This document shows, in pieces, positions 29,066 through 41,759 of a stretch of 64,000 nt of DNA; the stretch's first letter is position 1, and each line of letters begins with the position of its first letter. Made by a program: the position numbers and the translations under genes. Location: the NCBI GenBank assembly GCA_964016885.1, contig OZ024741.1, positions 84,010,001 through 84,074,000 on the forward strand, given 5' to 3'. Source of the stretch: Eledone cirrhosa (lineage: Eukaryota). The notes beneath the pieces are model-generated. The model had not been told where the DNA came from. It worked only from the letters and a program-made list of their open reading frames with translations, and did no database searches.

Positions 29066-29235
29066 GTAATGCTCTCAAAGTTGGGGACAAGAACAGGAAT
29101 CAGGGAGTAGTGAAACATCGATTAAATCAACCCAGGTGTCTGAATGGTTCGGTACTTTAATATATACTCCTCTGAAAGGATAATTGGTTAGGTTTAACTC
29201 TGTAGCATTTGAAAGAGAAATAATAATAATAATTG

Positions 29236-29959
29236 GTTGATCTCGATTTTGAAGACGACCTGGCACTGTTGTCACACAGTTACGACCAGATATAGTACAA
29301 GATCTAACGCTTGGAGTTCATGTCAGTCGGAACAGGGCTCAAGATAAACAAGAAAAAACCGAGCTGATGAAGATCAAAACCACTGCCAACACACCAGCCA
29401 CAGTTAGTGGTTAGCCCATCAAAGAGTTGGAGTCATTTGTCTACCTGGAAAGAGTGGTCTATCGACGTGTAGGTAACATCTGGGTCATTGCAGCCCGTAT
29501 TGGCAAGGCAAAAACAGCTTTCATCATGCTAAAGAACATCTGGGCATCAAAAGAGATCTATCCAAGAAGTAAACTCCACATCTTCAAACTCAACGTGAAG
29601 ACGGTGCTCTTGTGTGGATGTGAAACAGGGTGAACAACACAGAAGATGCAGCAGAAGATATAGATATTCTTCAAAACCTGTCTGGGAGCATCTACAACGT
29701 CAAATGACCGGAGAAAATCTGAAACGAAGACGCATAGGAGTGAGTGGGGCAAGAACCAATGGCAAAGATGATTCTACGGAGAAAGTGGAGCTGGATTAGA
29801 CAGACCCTCAGGAAACAAGCATCTGGCACCAGGCGCCAAACTCTGTCAAGGAACCCGCAGGGTAAGAGGAAGAAAAGTCGAGCCCGCGTCAGCTGGAGGC
29901 GTGTACGATGGCGGAGGTTTGTCAATTGCCTATGCTACCCAGACAGTGGTGGGACTGAA

Positions 29960-29960
<1 letters not shown>
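29236..29960 (+). mobile_element. Decayed RTE-clade LINE 3' fragment
   Basis: DLDFEDDLALLSH, GLKIN, ESFVYL, ARIGKA..AF..LKNIW, NVKTVLLCGCET, RRKWSWI..TLRK, NPQGKR. Confidence 0.85.
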
Positions 29961-29992
<32 letters not shown>

Positions 29993-30007
29993 TAGATAGA
30001 TAGATAG

Positions 30008-30057
<50 letters not shown>

Positions 30058-30816
30058 ACATTTATATATAAATGTATATATATAACAAAAAAAACGATAA
30101 GGTGTCATGATGAGTTGCTGTTACTCTGTGGTGGTTTTTGACAAGTGCACAAAAAGGATAATGCTGTTTGATTGTATTGTTTATGTTAACCTCAATTAGA
30201 TACAAGCGCGGATTATTTTTATTTTGGAGTGACCTAGCTCGTGGATTATGTTGCCTTTCCTGCTACTCCTACTATAGAAGCCATGTGTTTCTGTATATGT
30301 GGGGAATATATATCAGATCTGTAACTAGTGTTTTATACATGTCATACCATGATATATATGGCAATATCTTATCATTACTGGTTCAGAATCTAACTATAAA
30401 GTTTATGTGTTTCTAAGGCTTGTGAAGATATTTATCGCTTTTGAAATGTTTGCCATGCCAGAATAAAATAACACGTTAGTTTATGACTAAGAATATGAAA
30501 TAAATTGACTTTCGCAAACTTCACATGCTAACTCCAGTCTTTCCTTGCCATTAAACATGCGCAGAGATGAGAACAACAAAATAAAACGAGGAACGAAAAT
30601 AATACTTAACATATTTTCATTTCTCCAGTCTTTAGTTTATGCGCTGTTTTGTTTGTTTATAGAATCTATATTATGGGTGTATGCAAGCAACATTTTTATA
30701 ATGATGACAGATATTTAAAGTGGGCACATCTAAGAGGCATCTCCTTCTATTTTATTTTCCTTTTCATATGTTTATAGCTATTGTGCATACATACGGATAT
30801 GAATGCACAGACGTGC

Positions 30817-30862
<46 letters not shown>

Positions 30863-30870
<8 letters not shown>

Positions 30871-30986
30871 ATTGTACACAAACGGATATATATATATATG
30901 CACATAGTTATGTGTACATATATATATATATGAAATAATTGTACACAAACGGATATATATATATATGCACAGAGTTATGTGTACAC
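30863..30986 (+). repeat. Tandem duplication of ~65 bp among (TA)n
   Basis: atgaaataattgtacacaaacggatatat..gcacat/gagttatgtgtaca occurs twice. Confidence 0.8.
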
Positions 30987-31078
30987 ACACATATATATAT
31001 ATATATATTATATATACATATATTATATATATATATATTATATATATATTATATGTATATATATATATTATATATATA

Positions 31079-31114
<36 letters not shown>

Positions 31115-31982
31115 ATATATATATTATATATATAGTATATATATATATATATACTATATATATAATATATATATGAAATATATATATATAATATATATAT
31201 AAATATATATATATATAATTATATATTTATATATATATACAAACATACACACACAAACACACGCATATTTATATACTGCTACTTGTTTGCATTTGTGCAT
31301 TTTCTGGTTCCTCTAAGGTATAAATATGCTTTCATAAATAAATATTTTCTAAGAGCCAGTAGAATGCAAAAATGATATAAAAGAGAATGTATATTATCAT
31401 TGTTAAAAAAATTCCTTTTCAACTTTCTTTATTTATTTCTACGTTAAAAGAAAAAAATATATATATACATATATATTTACTTACAATATATTATGTATAT
31501 CTTCATATAGGCTTCTTCTATATGAAATCCATTTGGGTGTTTATCATGTCCTCGGTCTCATCCAGAATAACATTTTATATCGCATAGCAATATCTATAAC
31601 GCGGGTATAGATATGAAGCGATAAACTTTTAGATATATTTACAGGAGAATAATTTCTAACATTGATGGCGTTTCAAAGAATAAATCGGCTTGAATGGTTA
31701 ATTATCTTATGGGGAAATAACATTAGAACATTAGCTTTGTGCAATCCTAAAAGATCTTGACAATGCATGTTAGACTAATAGACGGTAAAAACAGATATAA
31801 TTTTTTCTTTATATTACATATGTTTGTGTGATGATTTTTCGATACTTTACATATGTTCATATATTGTCTGTGTATATATCTATATGATTTATGTGTTTAA
31901 GAATGGTATGTGAATATATCTGTTTCATTTTGTATGTATGGCTTTTACCTCTATATATATGTTTCATATGTTTATATATCTA

Positions 31983-32061
<79 letters not shown>

Positions 32062-32065
32062 TATG

Positions 32066-32159
<94 letters not shown>

Positions 32160-32979
32160 TAAGATATATAAACATATGAAATATATATACATATATATAT
32201 ATGTCCCATATATTTATATATAGTGTGCATATATCTACATGTTTAACCTTGTGTGTGTGGGTGTGGGGGGGGGGGTACATTTTCCCCTAACCCCTAAACT
32301 GTAATGTGCTTCCATGCAATAGGAAGGAGTGTCATTGATTTTATTGTTAAGGAAATCAGGCACCAACACAGTGGATAGTTTCATAGAATAGCCCTTTACA
32401 TCTAATGAAATATATCAGAGGAACCGTTGAATGAAAGAAATAAAGATAACATTGAAAAGGCAAAGAAGAAAAGGAAGAAATATAGAAATAGCGGGAATAG
32501 CAGAAGGAAATTTAAAAAAATGAAGGAAAGAAGAAAATTAAGAAATAAGTAAAGACAGAAATAAACAAAGAAAGAAAGAAAAAAAAGAAGAAATGTAGAA
32601 ATGCAGAAAGAAAGAAGAGATTGAAACAAAGAAAGAAAAAAAGAAAAGAGAAAAAAAGAAACAAACAAATGAAAGAAACAAAGTAATATAGAAATATATC
32701 TCTCAAGCAGTAAATAGATTCTATTTTAATTCACGCTGTATTTCCGGCCTGGAGCTAATGTTTAGATATAATGTAGAATAAAACACGTTGTAAGCATTGT
32801 CATAAAAGTTATTCTGTATGTTTAAGCAACATTTGTTACTTGTATGAATTAACCTTGTGAGAATTAACCTTGCCCACAAGCAGTTTTTGGTCTAATTTTG
32901 TAATAATGATAGTAATAATAATAGTAATAATAATAATAATTTTGTAATAATGATAGTAATCATAATAATAATAATAATA

Positions 32980-33018
<39 letters not shown>

Positions 33019-33261
33019 GGGAAGAAGACGCATGTGGTGGATAGAAGGTCATGAAATCGCTCCCGTAAGATTTTGATTTTTAACATATTTAAATCAATTG
33101 TGAAATAACAATTCTTAGTACAAATGATGCATAAAGCACCAGACTCAACACTCAGGAAAATTCGGATCCATAATATATTGTTATATCGCTCAAATATTCA
33201 ATTTTGTAATATACATTTTATATTCAAAGAAAGAAAATGTTTATAAATGGAAGAAAACCCC

Positions 33262-34090
33262 CTCTGTCTACACTATATAGAACAGCCAAATAACAGCCAA
33301 ATAACAGCAATTTCACCAACACCACAAACTAGATTTACCACCTACCCCATCACTCCTCTGTGTACACTAAATACAACAGCCAGATAACGGCAATTTCACC
33401 ACCACCACCACCAATCCCAGCATAATAATTATAATTACTATTATTATTGTCTCAAGTTTTCACAAAAAGTTTAAATCCAATATTAAGAAAGTATGTCAAC
33501 ACATATATTAAACATACGCGACTAACAAAACCGATCTAACAAAACTACAGTCTATTCAACAAAACTCAGTAACGACAACGCCATCACTATAGTCACCGCC
33601 GCCACCACCCATCCATCATTGCTACCACTATCCCATCAACGCTGCCACCACACCTTCATTGCTACCACCGCTATTCCCCCATTACTTCTGTTACCTTACG
33701 AAAGGGGAAGGTGGCGGTATCACTAGACAATATTAATAAACAATATTAATATTTAATTTTGGATCAGGAATGTTGGAGTCGAAAGGGAGAAAAATGGCAA
33801 AATGACTAAATAGCTAAATAGCTAAAGATAATTTCACCACCAACACCACCACCACTACCACGCTAAAAACTCTGGTCAAGTGGCCTCAACCTCTATTTCT
33901 ACTCCAACTTCAACACCATGACTACAGTACTACGATCACATCACCACCACCACTGCCTCATTATCGCTACCGCCGCTATTCTCTCCCAATACCCCCTTCT
34001 AGGTACTACTAGTACAGCACCGCCACCACCACCCCCACCACTGCCTCATTATCACTACCGCCGCTATTCTCTCCCGCTACCTCCTGCTAC
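33262..34090 (+). repeat. CAC-rich imperfect tandem and dispersed repeats
   Basis: cctctgt.tacacta..aacagcca.ataac.gcaatttcacca x2; caccactgcctcattatc.ctaccgccgctattctctccc x2. Confidence 0.6.
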
Positions 34091-34361
34091 ATGGTAGTGT
34101 CCCCACTAAAAGAGGAAGGCATCAACACATATAAATAGACTGAATTGATGACCCGGTCAAAATCAAAACACCAAAATCAAAATCAAAGCAGCACAACAAC
34201 AACGAAAAACGTAAAGAAAAGAAAAATGAAGAGAAAAACAAACGGACGGACAGAGAAGGGAAGGGAAAAACTAAGTCAGACATTCAAACAGTACATTACA
34301 ATGAAACTTATGCTTATTCATTTTGGGGTTTTTTTCTGCCTGTTTGTTTGTTTGTTTGTTT

Positions 34362-37300
34362 GGGTTCGTCTACAGCGTGATAATGCCACACAAAGGTCAC
34401 GTGGAGTGACGAAACCACCGGAGACAAGTAATTCACCGGTGGTTATGTAACCATACATTCGCCAATCCTCGATAAGAGTGTTTAAATGTCGAACCTAAAC
34501 AGTTCAAATAACGGTGAAATGGAGACTAGAATGTCATGTGACAGACTCCCACCGAACAGGTGCTCCCTGGCTCAGCAGCAGGGACCTGGCTGTCAACCAA
34601 ATACTGCTGGTGTCGGAGGAAGAAGAATAAGGAAAGGGACCAGAACCAACTGGACGAAAGAATTGAATATAACTGTTATGCAATGTTACCTGAAGTGTAA
34701 CCCCAAGGAGAAAGGCTATAGGAAAAGGATGCATAACATCTGGAACGAGATTGGTTCATTTAAATTAGATGAACAAAAACTGGCCGGGCAGGCTCGGGTA
34801 ATAAGAACTAATGGGTGGATAAGCGAGCTGGAACTGGAGTAACTGGGCAGAGAGATTAGCTTGGAGATGGAGGGTGGAGTATGCCAGGCAAACGAGCCAG
34901 TGGGAAATGAAGGTCAAGAGGTCGAGAGAACGGAGGAACCACCCGAAACAGACAATGATCTGAATGCTGAGATAAATAATACCTGGAACAGAGATACGGC
35001 CACTGAAGAGATGTATGCTGACGGGCTAGGACAAGATTTGGTAGATATCCTAAACTTAGTGGTAGATGAATTGAACAATGATAGTGGGAGACCTATGAAG
35101 CTAAGATTTGTAGACAGGAAAAAGTTAAAAGAAACAACAGCTAAGGTAAACAAAGTCATCCCATACCTTGAGGCGAGGAGCCTTCACCAGTGCAACAATA
35201 TCCTCAAAGCAACAGCAAATACGGTGAGGAAACTACTTGGTATTAAAGCAAGAGGAAACAACAGACAAGAAAGAGCAGAGCCTTCGTGGAAGAAACGACT
35301 GAGTGGTCAAATCAGGGAAATGAGAAATGACATTGGAAAGCTTGAGTCCCTACTGAATGGGACACTAAAAAACATAGACACTAAAAATAAACTGGAAATA
35401 AAGTACAAAACTAGGAGGAAAAAGCTAAATATTATCATAGAGGAACTGAAGCAACGCATTGTAGCAAAAAGTGCAAAAATCAGGCGATACGAGAACAGAG
35501 TCAGCCAGTATAGAAAGAACCGCATGTTCGACAACAACCAGAAGATGCTGTTTGGACAGCTTGAAGGGAAAGAAAGAGGCAACGACTTGATCCCTGAGGC
35601 GGAACAAACTAAAACATTCTCGTGAGGAATATGGGAGCAGGATGTTAAACATAATGACCAGGCAGTGTGGATTGAGACAGTACAGAAGGAGATTAGTGAA
35701 CAGGCACGCCAACAAACTGATTTGAGTATCACAGTTGAAACTCTTAAGGAGCAGGCCAAAAAACTAACCAACTGGAAATCACCTGGCCCAGATGGTGTGC
35801 AGGGGTATTGGATTAAAAACATAACATCCCTCCACCCGAAACTGACAACCATGTTCAATGACTGCTTGATGTCAGGTGAGGTACCAGAGTAGTTGACAAA
35901 AGGTACCACAGTTCTGATAATGAAAGACCGAATCAAGGGTAATGATGTTACCAACTATAGACCTATCACATGTCTGTCCGTAATGTGGAAACTGTTGACA
36001 AGCATTATGTCTGAGGAAATCTACCATCACCTCCACACAAACAACTTGTTACCGGACGAACAGAAAGGATGCCGAAAGAAGTCACGTGGTACAAAGGACC
36101 AGTTACTTATTGATAAGATGGTAATGAGGAATTGCAAGAGGAGACACACTGGTCTTGCCATGGGATGGATAGACTACAAAAAGGCATTTGACATGGTGCC
36201 TCATTCTTGGATCACCAAAAGCCTGGAGATCTTCAGGGTGGCAGATAACATCGGGCAGATTTTGGGCAAACGTATGAAGTCCTGGGAAACAGAGTTAACA
36301 ACAACTGGAGAATCCCTGGGAAGCATGAAGATCAAGAGAGGTATCTTCCAGGGAGATAGTCTGTCCCCTCTGTTGTTTGTCCTTGCCCTGATGCCCCTGA
36401 CCAGTGTACTGCGAAATGTGAGAGCAGGATACAGGTTGGGAAAGGGAGGGCTTGCCATCAATCACCTCCTCTTCATGGACGATCTTAAGCTCTTCGGGAA
36501 GAGTGAGAAGGAGCTGGATGTGCTTGTTGACACTGTCCGTATTTTCAGCAATGATATATGTATGTAATTTGGTATTAGTAAGTGTGGACATTGTGATGAG
36601 GAGGGGTAAGTTGAGCAGAGTAACGGAATCCAGATACCAACAGGTGAGATGATAAAAGAAATTGACTCTGAAGAAGGATACAAGTATTTGGGCGTTCTGG
36701 AGGCTGATGACATCAAGAACAAAAAAATGAAGGAATTGATAAGAACTGAATACCTTCGGAGAGTAAGGAGCGTATTAAAGTCACATCTGAACAGTAGGAA
36801 TGCCATAAGTGCAGTAAATTCCCGAGCTGTGTCTATTATTAGGTACAGTGCGGGAATTCTGAGATGGAATGTTGCTGAACAAAAAGAAATGGATAGGAAG
36901 ACTAGGAAGCTATTGACTATCTACAATTTGTACCACAAGAGGAGTGATGTCGATAGACTCTACTTAAGGAGATCTGAGGGTGGAAGAGGTCTTATCAGCA
37001 TAGAGGACGAATGTGTTCAGATGGAGAAAAACAACCTACACAAATACGTGACTGATAGTAAGGAGCCAATTCTCAGAGCTGTACTGAAAGAGGGGACAAT
37101 AGGCCAGGGGATGTCCAAGGAGGAAATAACATCAAGGAGAAAGAGTAGCCTTCAGGAAAAATCCTTTCATAGTACCTTCTTTGAGAAAACTGAATTTAGA
37201 GATCCACAGACATGGAACTGGTTGAAAAGAGGAGACCTTAAAAAGGCTACAGAAGGAATGTTAATGGCTGCGCAGGAGCAGGCCCTCAAAACGAAGTGGT

Positions 37301-37984
37301 TGAAACACCACATTTACAAGTAGGAGGCTAGCCCACTGTGCAGGATCTGTGGAGAGAGAGAGGAGACTGTGGCTCACATTGTATCCGAGTGTAAACACCT
37401 AGCCCAGACTCACTATAAGGGCTAGAGACATGATGTGATGGGCAGGGTAATCCACCGGCACCTATGCAAAGTAAACAATTTACCACGTTCTGAGAAGTGG
37501 TATGAGCATAAGCCAGAGGCTGTGATAGAAAACGATCAGGTGAAGGTGCTGTGGGATTTTAGGATACAGACGGACAAGAAACTGGAACACAATAGACCTG
37601 ACCTGGTGGTTTTGGACAAAGAAAAAAGATCGTGCCGGATTGTGGATGTGGCCTGCCCATTCGACACGAGAGTGCAAGAGAAGGAGAGGGAGAAAATTAA
37701 CCGATACCAGGACTTAAAGTGGGAGGTAAAAAGGATTTGGAACTGCCATGAAGTCAAAGTGATCCCGATTGTCATAGGCGCACTAGGGACTATCTCAAAA
37801 TGTTTCCAGGGATGGTTAAAGAAAATCGGCCCCATCACGCTTTTTGGAACGATTCAAAAGGCATGCTTGCTGGGAACAGCAAGAATCCTCCGATACGTCC
37901 TGAATATCTGAGTCTGCAGGTAGTGGCTTGCTATTCATCTCAACAAACTTTCCAGTTAACTAACATCAATGACTGAGATTCAAG

Positions 37985-37986
<2 letters not shown>
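34362..37986 (+). mobile_element. Near-full-length R4/Dong-clade non-LTR retrotransposon, inactivated, with (TAA)n tail
   Basis: ORF 34486-37911 broken by about six stops and one frameshift; [73 protein letters not shown]; 5' boundary approximate. Confidence 0.93.
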
Positions 37987-38032
<46 letters not shown>

Positions 38033-38304
38033 TTTCTTTATTAACCACAAGGGTTTACATAAAGTAGACATTAAGGACAGTGCAGGACAATGCAGGACGG
38101 TACAAATGGGCATTTCTGCGTGTAAAAAAAAAAAAAAAAAAAAAAAAACAGAGGATGTAACAAAAATAACAATGAAAATAACAATGAAAAATTCCCCAAT
38201 AGGGGGGAGACTTCGGAGGGACATTTGTGGAGAAAGCCCAGTAAAAAGCCACAATGACCCTGACCACCATGGCAAGTGCCCTCTCCCAGTTTTCCACCTT
38301 TAGT

Positions 38305-41300
38305 TTACAGATATATACTCAGAGTCGGCCCATTCACTCGGGCCATTCTTGCTTCTCTCACCCATCTTTCAACAAAATGCTGGGAAGAGAGCACTTCCTT
38401 CTCTACTCTGATTTTCCTTTTCAAATGAAATTTGAAAAAGTCAATCAGAGCATCACCGAAGAGGTAAGTGCTTGTCTTCAGCCCTTTCAAACGTGTCCAC
38501 CATACTATCTCTTTCGCCATGGCCACCAGACAGATAAAAACTGCCTGCCCTTCCCGGCTAAAGGAGGAGGGCGGGGCAATCCTCACGATAGACTCAGATG
38601 ATAGCTGCATCCGTCCTAAACGCGACAGCAGGTGTTCGACATAAACCCACAAGTCAGCAATTTTCGGACACTGGACGAGTGCGTGCAGGACGGTTTCGTC
38701 GCCCTGCGCGCATCTCGGACATGCCCGGCTGACGGCACCTCCATGCCTGTAGAGTTTATCCCGAACTGGCAAGGCTCCTCGGTAGCACTGCCAGGCCAGA
38801 GATTTCTGGAAGTTGTCCATAGGCCCTGGCCCGAAAGTTCTTCCGAAGAGATTGGCTAGTTGATTTTCGTCGACGCCTAGAGTTTCCCCAAGTACGTCGT
38901 CGCTCTTCCCCTCCACTAATCCTCTATAGAACGCCGAGGTGGAGTTTCCACCGATCACATTGCCCGATTGGTCGAGGGCTGTGAGCGCCTGAAGACATTC
39001 CAGTCTCCAGGCGCTCCCTCTCGGTCTTCGCTTGACCCAGGACTGCAGCTCCGTCAAGGAAACGAGCTGGGGAAAAACGCGTCTAGCAAACGGCGACCAC
39101 ACCTGATCACCGTCGAGGAAGAGGTGGAGATGTCGTAGCCTGAGCGCGTGCCTGCGCATCATCAGCCACGGCATGCCCAGCCCTCCACGTAGCGGGTGTT
39201 GACAACAGATGGACCGCCTGACCATCGGAGCACGTCCCTTCCACAAAAAGCGAAAGAGCAAACGCTCCAGCGCAGTCAGGCGAGGCTTAGGACAAGGTAC
39301 GACGGTTAGGCGGTAGCAGATGACAGACGCGATGTACGCGTTAGCCACCTCCGCTCGACCTTTCAGGGATAGCTTCCTCTCCGCCCATTTCTGGGTGAGA
39401 GAAGCCACCCTGCTCGTCACCTCGTCCCAGTTTTTGTCCGTCTGGAGGTCCGGACCGAACCAGACCCCTAGCAATTTAACCGGTCCGTCCGTCCAGCGCC
39501 CGACGACGCTGTTGGACGGCATGGACCTGCCTCTCCAGGTGCCGAGCTGCAGGCCCACTGACTTTTCCTGGTTGATCATTGCTCCTGTCACCGCTTCGTA
39601 TTCTCTTAGTGTAGTGCCGATCGCCTCGATGTGTTTGGCGTTCGACACCACTACGGTGACATCGTCCGCATATGCTGACACGGATCTTCCGCATCCTAGT
39701 TCGCGCGGGACTCCCCTCAACGTCTCCAGTTTGTGCAGTAATGGCTCGAGAGTCAATACGTACAAGAGGGACGAGAGGGGACATCCTTGGCGGACCGAGC
39801 GCATGATGTTGAACGGTTCCGACAGGTGACCGTTCACTCTCACCACAGAGCAGATGTCGCTGTGCATGGCAGCGATCCAGCCTCTGAAGACGGGCCCAAA
39901 GCCAGCCGCCCGCAGGACTGCCGCTAGGTAACGATGGTCGACCCTATCGAAAGCTTTCGACTGATCTAAATTGATCAAGGACCCACCCGTGCCAGGTTCC
40001 CTAGCTACCCTCTCTACGATGTATCGCATGAGGTGGAGGTTGTCGTGGATGGATCTGTCGGGAATGGCGCATGTCTGCGCCTCTCCCACCAGACCACCAA
40101 CGACAAGCGCCAACCTCTTTGCTAGCACCTTGGCCAAAATCTTAAACTCTGTGTTTAGCACAGTTATGGGCCGGAAATTGTCTATGTTATCCCCCTTGTT
40201 CGGATCCTTTCTCAGCAGTGCCACCGCTCCTCGGCTCACAGAACTGGGAATTCTCCCGTTCTGTTGCCAGTTGCAGTAGACGTCCGCCAAGAGGCCTCCG
40301 AACAAGTCTGGCATCTGTACGTAAAGTTCATAGGGCAGACCATCCAAACCAGGCGATTTACCCTTTGTGCAGCCAGTCATTGCCTCCCGTACTTCAGCGG
40401 CTGTTATCGGCTTTTCGCAACACTCCGCCTCAGTGGCCGAGAGCCGCGGCAGTCCGTCGAGGTAGACACTAAAGTCCATCCCTCTACCCGGCCCCCCGCT
40501 GCCCCCGAACAGCTGAGCGAAGTGTCGCTGAAAAGCTTCACACATTTGCCCGGGATCGAGTAGCATGCGCCCGTCGTGGTCCACCAAAGACCGGATCGTG
40601 GCTTTGTTGCCACGACGCGCCTCCGCCACTCGGGCCCATTGAACGGCTTTCGTCCCCTCGTGTCTGAGAGCACGCACCCTAGCTCTGATAACGCAGCCTT
40701 CGTGCTTTGCACTGAAGAATTGGTCAAGGGCCAATTTCGCCGCAAACACGTCGGTCGCAATGCCTTTGCTAAGCGCCTCGTCTAATTTTCTAACTAGTTC
40801 TCCCTCTGCTCTATTTTTCTCTATTGCTAAAGCCTTACTAAACCTAATCGATTCTATTCTAATCGCTCTTTTCAGAGCAAACCACCACTTGTTGTTGACG
40901 ATGGCCCCCGTCAACGCCCGCTTAACTAGTTCGCTAATCCGGTCTCTGTAGGCCTTGCGCGCTGGTAAGGACGCGTTTAGCTTCCAGTAGCCGGGTCCTC
41001 GTCTATGAAGCCTATCTAAGTCAAGCACACAGGTCACGAATTTGTGGTCCGTGTAGCTGACTATCTTGAATTGTGGACAGCCTATGCTAGACCTATCTAT
41101 TTCCCTACAAAATACTCTATCTAGATATGATCTGGATGACCCTATGCGGTTTGTCCAAGTCCACATTGGCACATTCGGGAAATCCAATCGGTACCTGTCA
41201 GACAGTTCAAAACGCCTGAGCAGGTTGGTGAGGCTCTTGCACCCTCCACCCCTATCCGCTAATCCCACACAGTCCCAGCGTGCATCTAAGATCCCGTTCC

Positions 41301-41724
41301 AGTCGCCCACTAACACTAAAGAGCGGGACGTTCCAAGAAAGGTCTCCAGACGCCGGAAGAAATCAGGCCGCCCTGCTCCTGTCGGGGCATAGACGGCCAC
41401 TAGCCTGAAAGCTTGCCCGTCTCCGCTGGTCACGTCCAGCACCACCAGCTTACCCTCTGGGTCCAGGAAGATGGCCCGTATGGCGAGATCCAAACCTCTC
41501 CGAAAAAGCACAGCAACTCCTCCACCCGATCCAGGACGGCTGGGAGATGCGTACACATCGTAGCCGCCGAAGATCGGTGCGAAGGCCCGTGCTTCGGAGA
41601 TTCTGGTCTCGCTGATGGCCACTACATCTATGTTTAGTGACCTGAGGTCGTTGAGCAGGTGACCCTGCTTCCATGACGACCCCAAGCCACGCGCATTTAT
41701 GCTGCCTATTCTGAGTGAGGTCAT
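38305..41724 (-). CDS. LINE ORF2p: APE endonuclease + reverse transcriptase + C-terminal Zn finger (1139 aa)
   Basis: SINARGL, ISET, VYAP, GDWN, SYLDR, YTDH, KSPGLDGLP, NFRPIT, LDQSKAFDRV, VRQGCPLS, AYADD, CPRC..ETVLHALVQC. Confidence 0.95.
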   Translation of the reverse strand: MTSLRIGSINARGLGSSWKQGHLLNDLRSLNIDVVAISETRISEARAFAPIFGGYDVYASPSRPGSGGGVAVLFRRGLDLAIRAIFLDPEGKLVVLDVTSGDGQAFRLVAVYAPTGAGRPDFFRRLETFLGTSRSLVLVGDWNGILDARWDCVGLADRGGGCKSLTNLLRRFELSDRYRLDFPNVPMWTWTNRIGSSRSYLDRVFCREIDRSSIGCPQFKIVSYTDHKFVTCVLDLDRLHRRGPGYWKLNASLPARKAYRDRISELVKRALTGAIVNNKWWFALKRAIRIESIRFSKALAIEKNRAEGELVRKLDEALSKGIATDVFAAKLALDQFFSAKHEGCVIRARVRALRHEGTKAVQWARVAEARRGNKATIRSLVDHDGRMLLDPGQMCEAFQRHFAQLFGGSGGPGRGMDFSVYLDGLPRLSATEAECCEKPITAAEVREAMTGCTKGKSPGLDGLPYELYVQMPDLFGGLLADVYCNWQQNGRIPSSVSRGAVALLRKDPNKGDNIDNFRPITVLNTEFKILAKVLAKRLALVVGGLVGEAQTCAIPDRSIHDNLHLMRYIVERVAREPGTGGSLINLDQSKAFDRVDHRYLAAVLRAAGFGPVFRGWIAAMHSDICSVVRVNGHLSEPFNIMRSVRQGCPLSSLLYVLTLEPLLHKLETLRGVPRELGCGRSVSAYADDVTVVVSNAKHIEAIGTTLREYEAVTGAMINQEKSVGLQLGTWRGRSMPSNSVVGRWTDGPVKLLGVWFGPDLQTDKNWDEVTSRVASLTQKWAERKLSLKGRAEVANAYIASVICYRLTVVPCPKPRLTALERLLFRFLWKGRAPMVRRSICCQHPLRGGLGMPWLMMRRHALRLRHLHLFLDGDQVWSPFARRVFPQLVSLTELQSWVKRRPRGSAWRLECLQALTALDQSGNVIGGNSTSAFYRGLVEGKSDDVLGETLGVDENQLANLFGRTFGPGPMDNFQKSLAWQCYRGALPVRDKLYRHGGAVSRACPRCAQGDETVLHALVQCPKIADLWVYVEHLLSRLGRMQLSSESIVRIAPPSSFSREGQAVFICLVAMAKEIVWWTRLKGLKTSTYLFGDALIDFFKFHLKRKIRVEKEVLSSQHFVERWVREARMARVNGPTLSIYL

Positions 41725-41759
41725 GTTTAAAATAGAGTGGAAAAGATGGGAAAGACCAC

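Noticed and set aside
30168-30416. Possible host exon after an AG acceptor (also 28545-28599)
   Set aside because: No recognisable protein similarity or partner exons
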